A stretch of 57,431 bases of DNA, from IMG/VR virus record IMGVR_UViG_3300043652_000015, positions 1 through 57,431 of that record. The stretch is one strand, 5' to 3'. The notes beneath the pieces are model-generated. The model was not told where the DNA came from. It worked only from the letters and a program-made list of their open reading frames with translations, and did no database searches. Made by a program: the position numbers and the translations under genes. The stretch comes from a virus (taxonomy: Duplodnaviria > Caudoviricetes). This document shows positions 45,579 through 54,981 of this stretch, piece by piece. Every line of letters starts with the position of its first letter. The first letter of the stretch is position 1.

Positions 45579-45696
45579 TCACCGCCTGCATCGTCGGAGG
45601 ACTCTTCGCCGCATGGTTCCTCGCCGCCTGCATCGCCGGACCGTTCATCGGCCGGTGCATCCGGCGCGGACGCGGACCCCAGGGCGGAGGACAGAA

Positions 45697-46014
45697 GTGA
45701 CCACACTCACCCGACCCCTGGGCCAGCCCGCCACCCCGACCTGGCGTGCTGAGGCTGTCTGCTCCGGCGTTGATGGCGACATCTGGTTCCCCGCCGGCTA
45801 CCTCAAAGCCCCCGACCTCGCCCAAGCCGCCACCGCCATCAGCATCTGCCGGACCTGCCCCGTCCAGCGCGCCTGCCTCGAAGACGCCCTCACCCACGAG
45901 GCCGGCGCACAGGCCAACCACCGGTATGGCATCCGCGGCGGGGCCACACCCGGCGAACGCTTCAACATCTACCGGGCCCGGACCCGCCGCAGCCAGAGCA
46001 GGAGGGCGGCATGA
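45697..46014 (+). CDS. WhiB-family transcription factor
   Basis: W..AVC..D.WFP..AISICRTCPVQRAC..YGIRGG..ER; four Cys. Confidence 0.9.
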   Translation: MTTLTRPLGQPATPTWRAEAVCSGVDGDIWFPAGYLKAPDLAQAATAISICRTCPVQRACLEDALTHEAGAQANHRYGIRGGATPGERFNIYRARTRRSQSRRAA

Positions 46015-46868
46015 ACAGCACCCTGTCCGGCGCCTACCACCGCAACTGCCGCTGCCCGCGCTGCTACGAAGGCCACGCCACCTGGGTCCGCGAACGCCGC
46101 CACGCACTCGCCGACGGAACCTGGCAGCCCTGGACCTGCGACCTCCAGCCCGCACTGGACCACCTCCAGCACCTCCACGACAGCGGACTGACCTGGACCC
46201 ACATCGCCCGCCTCGCCGGCGTCCACCGGTCCCAGGTCAGCAAGATCCGCACCAGCCGCGAGTTCGTCCGTCCCGCGCTCGTCGCCCAACTCCTAGCCGT
46301 GCAGCCAACGTTCGCCCGACTCCCCGCCGGTGCACCCGTCCCCGCCGAAGGAACACGCCGCCGCATCCAGGCACTACGAGCCATCGGCTGGACCAGCCAG
46401 GCCATCGCCGCCATTGCGGGGCTGTCGGTGCGGACCCTCAACAAGGTCCTCGCGGACGGCAACGCCCTCGCCGGCACGGTCAAACGCCTCGCGGAACTCT
46501 ACGACGACCTCCACGACCAGGACCCCGCCCAGTACGGCATTAGCGCCGTGACCATCGAACGCGGCATCCGATACGCCAAGCGACGCCACTGGGCCATGCC
46601 AACCGGGTGGACCGACATCGACACCGACACCAAGCCAAACCTGCGGCTCCGGACCCCCTACTACGCGAAGCCGAAGCCCGGCGACCGCGGCCAGAGCGTC
46701 ATCGACGACACCGCTGAGCTCGCCGCCCTCGGCCTCACCCGGGCTGTGATCGCGGAACGGGTCGGTATCGCCTGGAACTCCATCGAGGTGACGCACGTGC
46801 GTGCTGGCGTCGCGCTACCCGTCCAGCTCCGGCAAGAGCATGCCTCCGAGTCGGCGGTGGCGGCCTGA
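46011..46868 (+). CDS. Multi-HTH DNA-binding protein with N-terminal CRCxxC
   Basis: CRCPRC; GLTWTHIARLAGV; RRIQALRAIGWT..IAAIAGL; LTRAVIAERVGI. Confidence 0.65.
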   Translation: MNSTLSGAYHRNCRCPRCYEGHATWVRERRHALADGTWQPWTCDLQPALDHLQHLHDSGLTWTHIARLAGVHRSQVSKIRTSREFVRPALVAQLLAVQPTFARLPAGAPVPAEGTRRRIQALRAIGWTSQAIAAIAGLSVRTLNKVLADGNALAGTVKRLAELYDDLHDQDPAQYGISAVTIERGIRYAKRRHWAMPTGWTDIDTDTKPNLRLRTPYYAKPKPGDRGQSVIDDTAELAALGLTRAVIAERVGIAWNSIEVTHVRAGVALPVQLRQEHASESAVAA

Positions 46869-47065
46869 TGGGCTCCAAGGACACACGTGCGCTCCTGCGC
46901 CGACTCCGCAAACAGGGCTTCGCGATACGCCTCGCCGGGTCCGGCCACTACATGGTCACGGGCCTGACGGGGGCGGTCGTGACCGTCGCAGCGACACCCC
47001 GCGGCGGTCGTCGCAGCCTCCTCAACGCCCGGGCAGATCTCCGCCGCATCGGGGCCCGGTTATGA
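46868..47065 (+). CDS. HicA-like small basic protein
   Basis: LLRRLRKQGF..GSGHY.V..VTV..TP. Confidence 0.6.
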   Translation: MGSKDTRALLRRLRKQGFAIRLAGSGHYMVTGLTGAVVTVAATPRGGRRSLLNARADLRRIGARL

Positions 47066-47256
47066 GCGACGACATGTCGCCCGCTCTCCTCACCGAACCC
47101 CGCTGCCGGTGGAACACGGCAGCGGGACGGTGCGGGGCCCCTTCGAGGCCCTACCCGGTCGGCCAGCGATGCGACGAGCACTCGCCATGGGGGCTCGCCG
47201 GGCAGCCGGAACCACTCACGCCAACGCAGATCGCACAACGACAGGAGCAGCAGTGA
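47062..47256 (+). CDS. Small Cys/His protein
   Basis: C..C..RPYPVGQRCDEHSP; ATGA/GTGA overlaps. Confidence 0.5.
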   Translation: MSDDMSPALLTEPRCRWNTAAGRCGAPSRPYPVGQRCDEHSPWGLAGQPEPLTPTQIAQRQEQQ

Positions 47257-47897
47257 TCGCCGCTATCGAGACCAGGTACGCCGGATGCCGGTTCCGGTCG
47301 CGCCTCGAAGCCCGCTGGGCCGTCTTCTTCGACACCCTCGGGACGAAGTGGGAATACGAGCCGCAGGGCTACGTCGTCGGACCCAACAAGACGCCCTACC
47401 TCCCAGACTTCTGGCTGCCCAAGGAGAAGGTCTGGGTCGAAGTCAAGGGAAGCGAAGAACAGCTCGATGTCGGGCTGACGGTAGACGCAGCCCTGCCCTG
47501 GGATGGTCTGCCGGACACCGGAAACGAACAGTCCGAGTACAAGATCAGGCTTCTCGTCCTCGGGCCCATCGGCTCCATGAAGCGCGTCCTTGACGGGACA
47601 GGGAAGACCGTCGGATACAGCGGCCCCACCCATTCGGTCCTGACATTCCGCAAGGGAGATCTCTTCCAGGGCACTGCGTACTTCACGCGCAGTGGCCTGG
47701 AGGTCCAACCCGAAGGTGGGCTGGTGGCGAACGACAGCGGCCATATCTGGTGGGACACCCACCGGCAAGACTGGGGTGCCCTCGTCAGTGGCGGCGGCTA
47801 CATCACAGACCCTGGCGTCGAGGTCGACATGCCGGTCGCCGAAGCCTTCCGCTCGGCCCGCTCCGCCCGGTTCGAGCACGGGGAGAGCGGCGCATGA
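47253..47897 (+). CDS. PD-(D/E)XK-like nuclease
   Basis: FRSRLEARWAVFFD..WEYEPQG..YLPDFWLP..WVEVKG. Confidence 0.75.
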   Translation: MIAAIETRYAGCRFRSRLEARWAVFFDTLGTKWEYEPQGYVVGPNKTPYLPDFWLPKEKVWVEVKGSEEQLDVGLTVDAALPWDGLPDTGNEQSEYKIRLLVLGPIGSMKRVLDGTGKTVGYSGPTHSVLTFRKGDLFQGTAYFTRSGLEVQPEGGLVANDSGHIWWDTHRQDWGALVSGGGYITDPGVEVDMPVAEAFRSARSARFEHGESGA

Positions 47898-48718
47898 ACA
47901 ACCTGCACCCGCTCCCGACCGCCAACGGCATCGTCATCGTGACCCCGGCGATGGCGAAGAACTGGCTGGAGCACCGCAACGTCGAGCGCCAACGCACCTA
48001 CTCGCACCACAAGGCCAACCAGTGGGCGATCGAGATGCGCGCCGACCGCTGGAAGACCACCCACCAGGGCATCGCATTCGACTGGGACGGATTCCTCCTC
48101 GACGGACAACACCGCCTCGGCGCCATCGTCCTCGTCGGCAGGCCCGTCGCCCTGGACATCCGCGTCGGCTGCGACCCCGACACATTCGATGTCCTCGACA
48201 CCGGCCACAAGCGCACCGCAAACCAGATGATCCACCACCCGCACGCCAAGCTCATGACCTCCGCCGCCCGCTACCTCGGCACGATCGACGGCAGCCTGAA
48301 CAGCAGCGTCACCGCAGGCGGCGTCTACGCGAAAAGCACCACGATCGCCGAGCTGCTGCAGGTCGTTGCGAACTGGGCCGAGCTGGGAACGTTCGCGGCC
48401 TCCGCGCAGCACGTCCGAGTCAAATCGCAGATCCTCGCAGCCCCGCACCTCGCGGTCCTCGCCCAGGCGTCGCGGACGCAGTACGCCGACCGGATCCCGG
48501 CATGGCTCGACGGCCTCGCCTACGGGGAGAACCTGACCGGCCTCGACTCGCGCCTGCACCTGCGGAACCGGTTCGCGAAGGAACGCCGCGCACTGACCAG
48601 CGCCCAGGGCCTGTCCTACGGGCTGGTCGTCACCGCCTGGAACTCCTACGTACAGGACCAGCAGATGGGTGTCTTGCGGGTCCGCGGCGAGGACCACATG
48701 CCGGAGGTCGTGCAGTGA
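47894..48718 (+). CDS. ParB/Srx-like protein with DGQHR motif
   Basis: VTPAMAKNWL..N..QR..W..THQGIAFD..LLDGQHRL. Confidence 0.7.
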   Translation: MNNLHPLPTANGIVIVTPAMAKNWLEHRNVERQRTYSHHKANQWAIEMRADRWKTTHQGIAFDWDGFLLDGQHRLGAIVLVGRPVALDIRVGCDPDTFDVLDTGHKRTANQMIHHPHAKLMTSAARYLGTIDGSLNSSVTAGGVYAKSTTIAELLQVVANWAELGTFAASAQHVRVKSQILAAPHLAVLAQASRTQYADRIPAWLDGLAYGENLTGLDSRLHLRNRFAKERRALTSAQGLSYGLVVTAWNSYVQDQQMGVLRVRGEDHMPEVVQ

Positions 48719-48726
48719 GCGGGCGG

Positions 48727-48939
48727 TCAGCCGGCGGGGTGCTCGGCGAGCAGCTTGAGCGCACGGTCGTAGAAGTCCGGCGTCACGACGTAGACCCGGC
48801 GCTCTCCGCGCTCGGTGAAGGCACCCACGGTGCCGCCCCAGCGGACGTCGCGGATCAGCGAGGTCAGCAGGGCACGGGCGTCAGTCATCGACACCTCGGC
48901 AACGCCGTCTTCCGCGATCTGAATGCCCTTGTCAGCCAT
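48727..48939 (-). CDS. Phd/YefM antitoxin-like DNA-binding protein
   Basis: EVSMTDARALLTSLI..V..FTERG..VYVV; TACACT ends 6 nt before the ATG (leaderless-like). Confidence 0.6.
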   Translation of the reverse strand: MADKGIQIAEDGVAEVSMTDARALLTSLIRDVRWGGTVGAFTERGERRVYVVTPDFYDRALKLLAEHPAG

Positions 48940-49066
48940 GGCAAGAGTGTAAGTCATGGTCAATCTCTCCAATCTGTCCAATCTTTAAAGTAGTATGGCA
49001 GTGCGCGCCGGCACTGCATAGGCCGCCCATCTCGTCACGTCCCGTGCCACCGAAAGAAGTCGCTCA

Positions 49067-49912
49067 ATGCCATGGTTCAAGATCGATGACGGGTTCCACT
49101 GCCACCCCAAGGTGCTGGCAGCGGGCACGGCCGCCGTCGGTCTCTACGTCCGCTGCGGTTCATGGGCGGCACAGCAGGCGAGCGACGGCGTCGTACCCAA
49201 GCAGGTCGCCCGCATGTACGGGACCGCTCGGATGATCCGGGCTCTGATCGACGTCGGCCTGTGGCATGAAAACGGACATGGGTGCGAGTCGTGCCCCCAA
49301 CTCGATGCCAACTCATATGCGATTCATCAATTTTTGGAACGCAACCCGAGTCGAGTTGCCATCGAGTTGGACCGTCAAGCGAAGACGGAAAGGCAACAAC
49401 GCTGGCGTGATGCCAAGCGGAAGTCGCAGGCCAAGGAGGGTGACGACTTCGCTGTAGACGGTGATGTAGACGCGTCTACATGGCCACCTCACGACGAGCA
49501 CGGCGACGCTGACCCCCCCCCGACCCACCCCGACCCGTCCCCAACTACTACTTCTTCTGTCGAAGAAGCAGGAGCAGAGGACGAACAGGCGCCGGTCCGA
49601 GCCGACGTCGAACGGGTCTGCCGGCACCTCGCTGACCGCATCGAAGCCAACGGATCACCGCGTCCCACGATCACCGTGAAGTGGCGTACCGAAGCCCGCC
49701 TTCTCCTGGACAAGGACAAGCGCACCGTCGAGCAGGTCATCCGCGCCATCGACTGGTGCCAGAACGACGCCTTCTGGAAAGCCAACGTGTTGTCCATGCC
49801 GACGCTGCGTAAGAAGTACGACCAGCTACGGCTCAAGGCCCAGGCCGAGCAGCAGAGCGGCCGAACTGCCAGGCCGACCAGCGACCCGAGCAGCGAATGG
49901 ATGCACTCATGA
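49067..49912 (+). CDS. Replication initiator protein
   Basis: MPWFKIDDGFHCHPKV..AVGLY..DG.VP; C-terminal IDWCQNDAFWKANVLS..LRKKYDQL; precedes helicase. Confidence 0.8.
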   Translation: MPWFKIDDGFHCHPKVLAAGTAAVGLYVRCGSWAAQQASDGVVPKQVARMYGTARMIRALIDVGLWHENGHGCESCPQLDANSYAIHQFLERNPSRVAIELDRQAKTERQQRWRDAKRKSQAKEGDDFAVDGDVDASTWPPHDEHGDADPPPTHPDPSPTTTSSVEEAGAEDEQAPVRADVERVCRHLADRIEANGSPRPTITVKWRTEARLLLDKDKRTVEQVIRAIDWCQNDAFWKANVLSMPTLRKKYDQLRLKAQAEQQSGRTARPTSDPSSEWMHS

Positions 49913-51189
49913 CCGCCCCCGACGACATCTCCGCCATCGAACGCATGGCCCCGCACGACATTCAAGCCGAACAGGCCATCCTCGGCGCCTGCCTCATCTC
50001 CGGCCGGGTAGCCCGCGAAGCCGTCGACACCCTCGACCCCGTCGACTTCTACAGGCCCGGCCACGGCGCGATCCTCGCCGCCATCAAAACCATGATCGGA
50101 AACGGTCAGCCAGTCGACTCCCGCACCCTCACCGCCCACCTCGAAAAGACCGGGCTCCTCGCCCGCGTCGGCGGATTCGTCTACATCTCCCAACTCGTAG
50201 ACGCCGTACCCACCGCCGCCAACGCCGAGTGGTACACCCACATCGTCCTCGGGCACGCCCTACGCCGCGGCCTCGTCGAAGTCGGCACCCGCATCGCCGC
50301 CATGGGCTTCAACCCCGGAGACGGCGAAGCCCACGAACTCGCCGAACGCGCCGTCGCCATGGTCCGCGAAGTCCGCGACCGCGGACGCGACACCGCCGAC
50401 ATGCCCGTCATGGACCTCCACGACTTCCTCGCCGTCGAAGAAACCTTCGACTGGCTCATCCCCGGGCTGATCGAACGCGGCGACCGCCTGATCCTCACGG
50501 CAACGGAAGGCGGAGGAAAGTCCACGCTCATCCGCCAGATGGCAGTCTGCGGCGCCGCCGGACTCCACCCCTTCACCCACAAGCCCATCGACCCGTTCAC
50601 CGTCCTCCTCCTGGACTGCGAGAACGGCGAAAGCATGACCCGCCGCAAGCTCGCCCCCCTCACCGGCATCGCCGCACAGTTCTCCCGACCCGTCCCCCGC
50701 AGCCGGTTCTTCATCGAATGCCAGCCCGCCGGAGTCGACCTCACCCGCGCCAGGGACCGCGCCTGGCTCCTACGCAGGGTCGAGAAGACCATGCCGCAAA
50801 TGCTCGTCATCGGACCGATCTACCGGCTCCACGCAGGCAACCCCAACGACGAAGAGCTCGCCCGCAAAGTCTCCGCCGTCATCGACGAAGCCCGCGCGAT
50901 CTCCGGCTGCTGCGTCGTCATGGAAGCCCACGCCCCGCACAACAACGGCTTCTCCCAGCACCGCAACATGCGCCCCGCCGGCTCCTCGCTCTGGATGCGC
51001 TGGCCCGAATTCGGGTACGGCCTGCGCCCCGTCGAAGACGAAGCCACCGCCGTCAAGGACTGGGGCCGCCTCCTCGTCCCGTGGCGCGGCGCCCGCGACG
51101 AACGTGACTGGCCCACCCACCTCAGGAAGGGCGACCACTGGCCCTGGGTCAGCTACCAGCCCAACGGCCCGAACGGAGAATGCTGGTGA
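49909..51189 (+). CDS. Replicative helicase (DnaB N-terminus + RecA/AAA_25-type ATPase)
   Basis: PHDIQAEQAILG..DFYRPGH; Walker A ATEGGGKST; RPAGSS.W. Confidence 0.85.
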   Translation: MTAPDDISAIERMAPHDIQAEQAILGACLISGRVAREAVDTLDPVDFYRPGHGAILAAIKTMIGNGQPVDSRTLTAHLEKTGLLARVGGFVYISQLVDAVPTAANAEWYTHIVLGHALRRGLVEVGTRIAAMGFNPGDGEAHELAERAVAMVREVRDRGRDTADMPVMDLHDFLAVEETFDWLIPGLIERGDRLILTATEGGGKSTLIRQMAVCGAAGLHPFTHKPIDPFTVLLLDCENGESMTRRKLAPLTGIAAQFSRPVPRSRFFIECQPAGVDLTRARDRAWLLRRVEKTMPQMLVIGPIYRLHAGNPNDEELARKVSAVIDEARAISGCCVVMEAHAPHNNGFSQHRNMRPAGSSLWMRWPEFGYGLRPVEDEATAVKDWGRLLVPWRGARDERDWPTHLRKGDHWPWVSYQPNGPNGECW

Positions 51190-51914
51190 GCATCCAACAC
51201 ATCCGCCGCTGCGTACCCGTCGGCGAGATCACCGAGGTCTACACCCAGCAGCACCTCGTCCGCTGCCAGCACGCAGCCGGCGACCCCGCCGCCCTCGCCG
51301 GAGACATGACCATCGAGGCGCTCCCCACCTGGTTCGGCGGCACCACGTTCCGCTCCAAGCTCGAAGCCGACTGGGCCGCCACCCTCGACAGCCTCAACAT
51401 TCGCTGGCAGTACGAACCACAGACGATCACGCTCCCCTCCGGCACCACGTACATCCCCGACTTCTGGCTCCCCGACATCGGCACCTGGCTCGAAGCCAAA
51501 GGCACCGGCGTACCCCGCATCGAGAAAGCCATAGAACTCGGCCAGACCCTCGCCTGCCACTGCGAAGACCAGTGCGCCTGCGACTGGCCCGGCGGCCAAC
51601 TCGTCCTCGTCGGCCACCCCGCCAAGCCCTACGACGCCTACGCCGACCCCACCAACCGGTACGCCTCCCACCGGGTCCTTCGCAACCGCAACCGGCGCCA
51701 CCACGGACACCCGAACTGGTCCACCACCACCGGTCGCACCGCATGGCTCACCCGCTGCCTCGACTGCAACCGCGGCGGATGGTTCACCTCCCCGCAATGC
51801 CGGGCCTGCCGCGGACCACTCGCAGGAACCCACGGCTACTCATCCGGTGACGCCGAGCTGGAGTTCGTCAACGCCTCCTGCCGGTCAGCCATCGAGCACG
51901 AAGCGGCTTCCTGA
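51186..51914 (+). CDS. PD-(D/E)XK-like nuclease with Cys clusters (paralog of 47253-47897)
   Basis: FRSKLEADWA..WQYEPQ..YIPDFWLP..WLEAKG; CLDC, CRAC. Confidence 0.7.
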   Translation: MSIQHIRRCVPVGEITEVYTQQHLVRCQHAAGDPAALAGDMTIEALPTWFGGTTFRSKLEADWAATLDSLNIRWQYEPQTITLPSGTTYIPDFWLPDIGTWLEAKGTGVPRIEKAIELGQTLACHCEDQCACDWPGGQLVLVGHPAKPYDAYADPTNRYASHRVLRNRNRRHHGHPNWSTTTGRTAWLTRCLDCNRGGWFTSPQCRACRGPLAGTHGYSSGDAELEFVNASCRSAIEHEAAS

Positions 51915-51999
51915 GCCTGCCGTCGGCCCGACCCGCCGCCTCCCGCCCGCAGGACCAGCCCGCCGCCCCACAACGAACGCCGCCAGCAAGGAGAACCCG

Positions 52000-52425
52000 A
52001 TGATCGTCACCGCCGCCGAGATGGCCATGCGCCGCGCCCTGCGCGAAGCCGCACCCCTCGCCAAGGTCCGCCTGAACGACCAGCAGACCGCGATCCTCGC
52101 CCGGGCCTGCGCCCGCATCCCCGCCACGAGCCGGCCGCCGGTCGATGCCCGCGGTACGGCGGCCACCAGGCCGAAGCCGACTGCTGTGCGTCCGCTGGTG
52201 GCGTTGTCGACGGGTGACTTGCGGGTGTTGCGGATGCTGGCGGCGGGGCGGGAGAACAGCGAGATCGCGTTCGAGATGCACGTCTCGGAGCACGGGGTGA
52301 AGACCCGGCTGGTGCGGATCTACGGGGTGTTGAAGGCGCGGAACAGGGCGCAGGCGGTTGCGTTGGGGTATGAGCTCGGGTTGCTGGGTTCGGTGGCTGA
52401 GGATGCGGCGGGGGTGTCGGGATGA
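52000..52425 (+). CDS. LuxR-type HTH protein
   Basis: LSTGDLRVLRMLAAGRENSEIAFEMHVSEHGVKT..IYGVLKARNRAQAV. Confidence 0.85.
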   Translation: MIVTAAEMAMRRALREAAPLAKVRLNDQQTAILARACARIPATSRPPVDARGTAATRPKPTAVRPLVALSTGDLRVLRMLAAGRENSEIAFEMHVSEHGVKTRLVRIYGVLKARNRAQAVALGYELGLLGSVAEDAAGVSG

Positions 52426-52552
52426 GCCGCCTTGCCGCCGCCGCGCCGGGTCCTGCCACCCCTGAGCGCCCCGTAGCCCTTCTGTGGACGCGGGGAGCCG
52501 CCCCCGCCCCTGCGCGCCGCTACGGGCCCTCTGAGGCGTTCGGGGTTTTCCG

Positions 52553-52871
52553 GTGACCGGCCAGTGCCCCGGCTGCGGCGAGCAGCGCACGTTGACGTCG
52601 AAGCGGCTCATCAAGGCGCACTCCATCCCGGGCGGCCAACTGTGCCCCGGCACCGGCCACGCGCCGGGCTGCCCGAAGCCCGCACTCGGCCCGTGCCCGA
52701 CCCCGACGAAGGTCCGCTTCGCGACCCTCGAAGCCGCTGAGCGCCGGGCGCCGGGCGATGGGCCGGCCTGCGATAGCCGGGCTGGTGCTGCGGACCTACG
52801 AGTGCCTGCCGGGGTGCGGCTGGTGGCATTGGACGAGCCTGCTGGTGCAGCGCCCGGGGGTGTCCCGGTGA
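52553..52871 (+). pseudogene. Zn-finger-like gene frameshifted by a 7-bp duplication
   Basis: CPTPTKVRFAT in one frame continues as YECLPGCGWWHWTS in the +1 frame; CGCCGGG repeated at 52742-52755. Confidence 0.6.
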
Positions 52872-53083
52872 CCCGCCGTCACTCCCCGGAGTTCCTTGCG
52901 GAGATCACCCGCCAGTTCAACGCCCACGTCGACGCGGACTGGCCGCCGGTCCGGGCGATCGCGGTGTCCTACGGCGTCGAGCAGGAGTCGGCGGCGAGGT
53001 GGGTGCGGGAGTGCCGGGCGGCGGGGCATGTCCTGGAACCTGCGGGCGGGCTGCGGCACCACTGGGCGGGTGAGCGGCGGTGA
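52868..53083 (+). CDS. Small HTH-like protein
   Basis: GTG at 52868; PPVRAIAVSYGV..AARWVRECR. Confidence 0.55.
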   Translation: MTRRHSPEFLAEITRQFNAHVDADWPPVRAIAVSYGVEQESAARWVRECRAAGHVLEPAGGLRHHWAGERR

Positions 53084-53322
53084 GCGCCGAGCTGGCCCTG
53101 TCGGCCTGGGCCCCGGGTGATCCGACGATGGACGGCTACGTGCCCCCGGTCGGCGTCCATGTCGTGTGCGTCCGCGACCACGACGACGAGACCCGGTGCG
53201 GCGTCGTCGACGACAACCGGTGCGGGCTGTTCCTGACGGGCTGCGACGGGCGCAAGGTCGTGCTCACGGCCGCGCTGTGGTGGGTTCGGGCGACGTTCGA
53301 CTGTGCGGACGGTGCACTGTGA
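53080..53322 (+). CDS. Hypothetical protein
   Basis: GTGA overlap. Confidence 0.45.
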   Translation: MSAELALSAWAPGDPTMDGYVPPVGVHVVCVRDHDDETRCGVVDDNRCGLFLTGCDGRKVVLTAALWWVRATFDCADGAL

Positions 53323-53387
53323 CCCGCCCCTGGACGTGCAGAAGCGCCGCCGGGACCACGGGGCAGGCGGACACGAGGGTCGGGCGG

Positions 53388-53927
53388 CTACTCGGCGGGG
53401 AGCTCGACCTTCCGGTTGATGAAGGCGTCGTTCGCGAGGACGTAGGGCAGGTATGTCGGGAGCGTGCTGGCGAACAGCCTGCGGGACTTGCGCGCCCACT
53501 CGGGATGGTCCTGCTGCACCTGCTCAACCATGGCCTTGACCTGCGCGGGAGTGAGTCGGCGAATCTGAGGCTCAAGGCCGAGCTCGACCGGAAGGTGCGG
53601 GATGAAGCCGGGCATCGGCTGCTCGGACGGTCCGGGGCGCGCCGAAGCTTGGGCCGCGCCAGCCTCGGCAAGGACTCGCTCGCGGGCCTTCTGGGTGCGG
53701 GCCTGGTACGCGGGGTCGGCCTGGATGCCGTTCTCGCGAGCGAGTTTGCGGACGTAGGCGGATGTCCAGTCGGCGCGGCGGGCGATGTCGGCGGGCTTGG
53801 CGTTGGGCTCTCGGAGGGCGTCGATGACCAGCTCGGTCAGGGCGGCCCGGGACTTGGCTGCGGCGTCGGTGGCGCGCTTGTAGCGGGCGGCCTCGGCCTT
53901 GATGAGGTCGTTCTCGTCGCTGCTCAT
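53388..53927 (-). CDS. HTH-containing regulator
   Basis: AKPADIARRADWTSAYVRKLARENGI. Confidence 0.65.
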   Translation of the reverse strand: MSSDENDLIKAEAARYKRATDAAAKSRAALTELVIDALREPNAKPADIARRADWTSAYVRKLARENGIQADPAYQARTQKARERVLAEAGAAQASARPGPSEQPMPGFIPHLPVELGLEPQIRRLTPAQVKAMVEQVQQDHPEWARKSRRLFASTLPTYLPYVLANDAFINRKVELPAE

Positions 53928-53965
53928 GCTTCGCAGGGTACCGCGATGAGGGTTCGCTGTGAACT

Positions 53966-54019
53966 AGCGCAGTCAATGTGCGCAACTGACTTGCGCTCAC
54001 GAGCTGCGCACCCTACCTT
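53966..54019. promoter_or_regulatory. Divergent control region with palindrome and rightward promoter
   Basis: AGCGCAGTCA-N11-TGACTTGCGCT; TTGCGC-N17-TACCTT at 53991-54019. Confidence 0.5.
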
Positions 54020-54071
54020 GGATATCAGACAGCGCTACCGAGTAGCGATGAACGATCCAAGGGAGACCACC

Positions 54072-54467
54072 GTGAACGCCACCGCCCGGAACCTGATCCG
54101 CCGCCTGACCGCCGCGATCCGCACCGCCGTCCAGGTCTCCCGCGCCGCCCGCTACATGGCCCTGAACGGCCCGCTCCAGGAGCAGCTGAACAGCGGCCTC
54201 CTCATCCAGGGGTCCACCTACCTGCGGACCCTGGGCCTCAACGACGGTGGCGTCTCCTCGTTCCGCTCCCACTACGGCAAGAAGGTCAAGGCCGCCTACC
54301 GGGACAACAACAACGGCCGGACCCCGCTGATGGCCTGGGTCCAGATCGACGGCCGCTGGATGCACGTCTGCGTCTACCACCCCGCCGACCCCGCCCTCCG
54401 CACCGGAGTTGCCGCGTACCCCCGGCTCGCCGACACCGTCCGCAGCGCCTTCGCGGAGGCGGCCTAA
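54072..54467 (+). CDS. Hypothetical protein
   Basis: GTG after AAGGGAG; strongly biased codon usage. Confidence 0.6.
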   Translation: MNATARNLIRRLTAAIRTAVQVSRAARYMALNGPLQEQLNSGLLIQGSTYLRTLGLNDGGVSSFRSHYGKKVKAAYRDNNNGRTPLMAWVQIDGRWMHVCVYHPADPALRTGVAAYPRLADTVRSAFAEAA

Positions 54468-54524
54468 GACCGACTTCAGCGTCCTCGCCGCCAGCCCGCA
54501 CACAACCGCCTCGAAGGAGCCCGC

Positions 54525-54915
54525 CGTGACCAGCACCCTCCCCGCCGTCACCACCAAGAAGATCTGCTTCACCTGCTCATCTCTGGCCACCCACCGCATG
54601 GACCGCGAGAACACCACCCCGGTCTTCGCCTGCGACAACTGCACCCGCAGCTGGCGCGAGGACGCCGAAGGGTGCGGCTTCGCCATTGAGGAGATCGCGA
54701 CCGCCAACGCCAAGCCGAGCCCCGAGCAGGACAAGGGCTTCGACTTCGAGCCCCGCATCGCGGCCGACATGCCGATCTGGGCCCGGCTGCTGCTCATCCG
54801 ACACGGCATCCCGTTCGCCGCGGTCAGCAGCTTCCGCATCGCGCCCGGTGAGGCGCTCGCCGAGATCACCGCGAACGGGTGCACCAGCTACCTGCACCGC
54901 CGCTGGTCCGCCTGA
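54525..54915 (+). CDS. CxxC-containing hypothetical protein
   Basis: GTG after AAGGAG; CFTC, CDNC. Confidence 0.55.
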
Positions 54916-54981
54916 CCTCCACCCGCCAGCGCGAGCCCGCCGACCACTCCCACCCCGACACCGACCACTGAGAGGCCCACC

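Noticed and set aside
46868-48939. HicA-like and Phd-like genes as a toxin-antitoxin pair
   Set aside because: They are 1.6 kb apart, on opposite strands and from non-cognate families.
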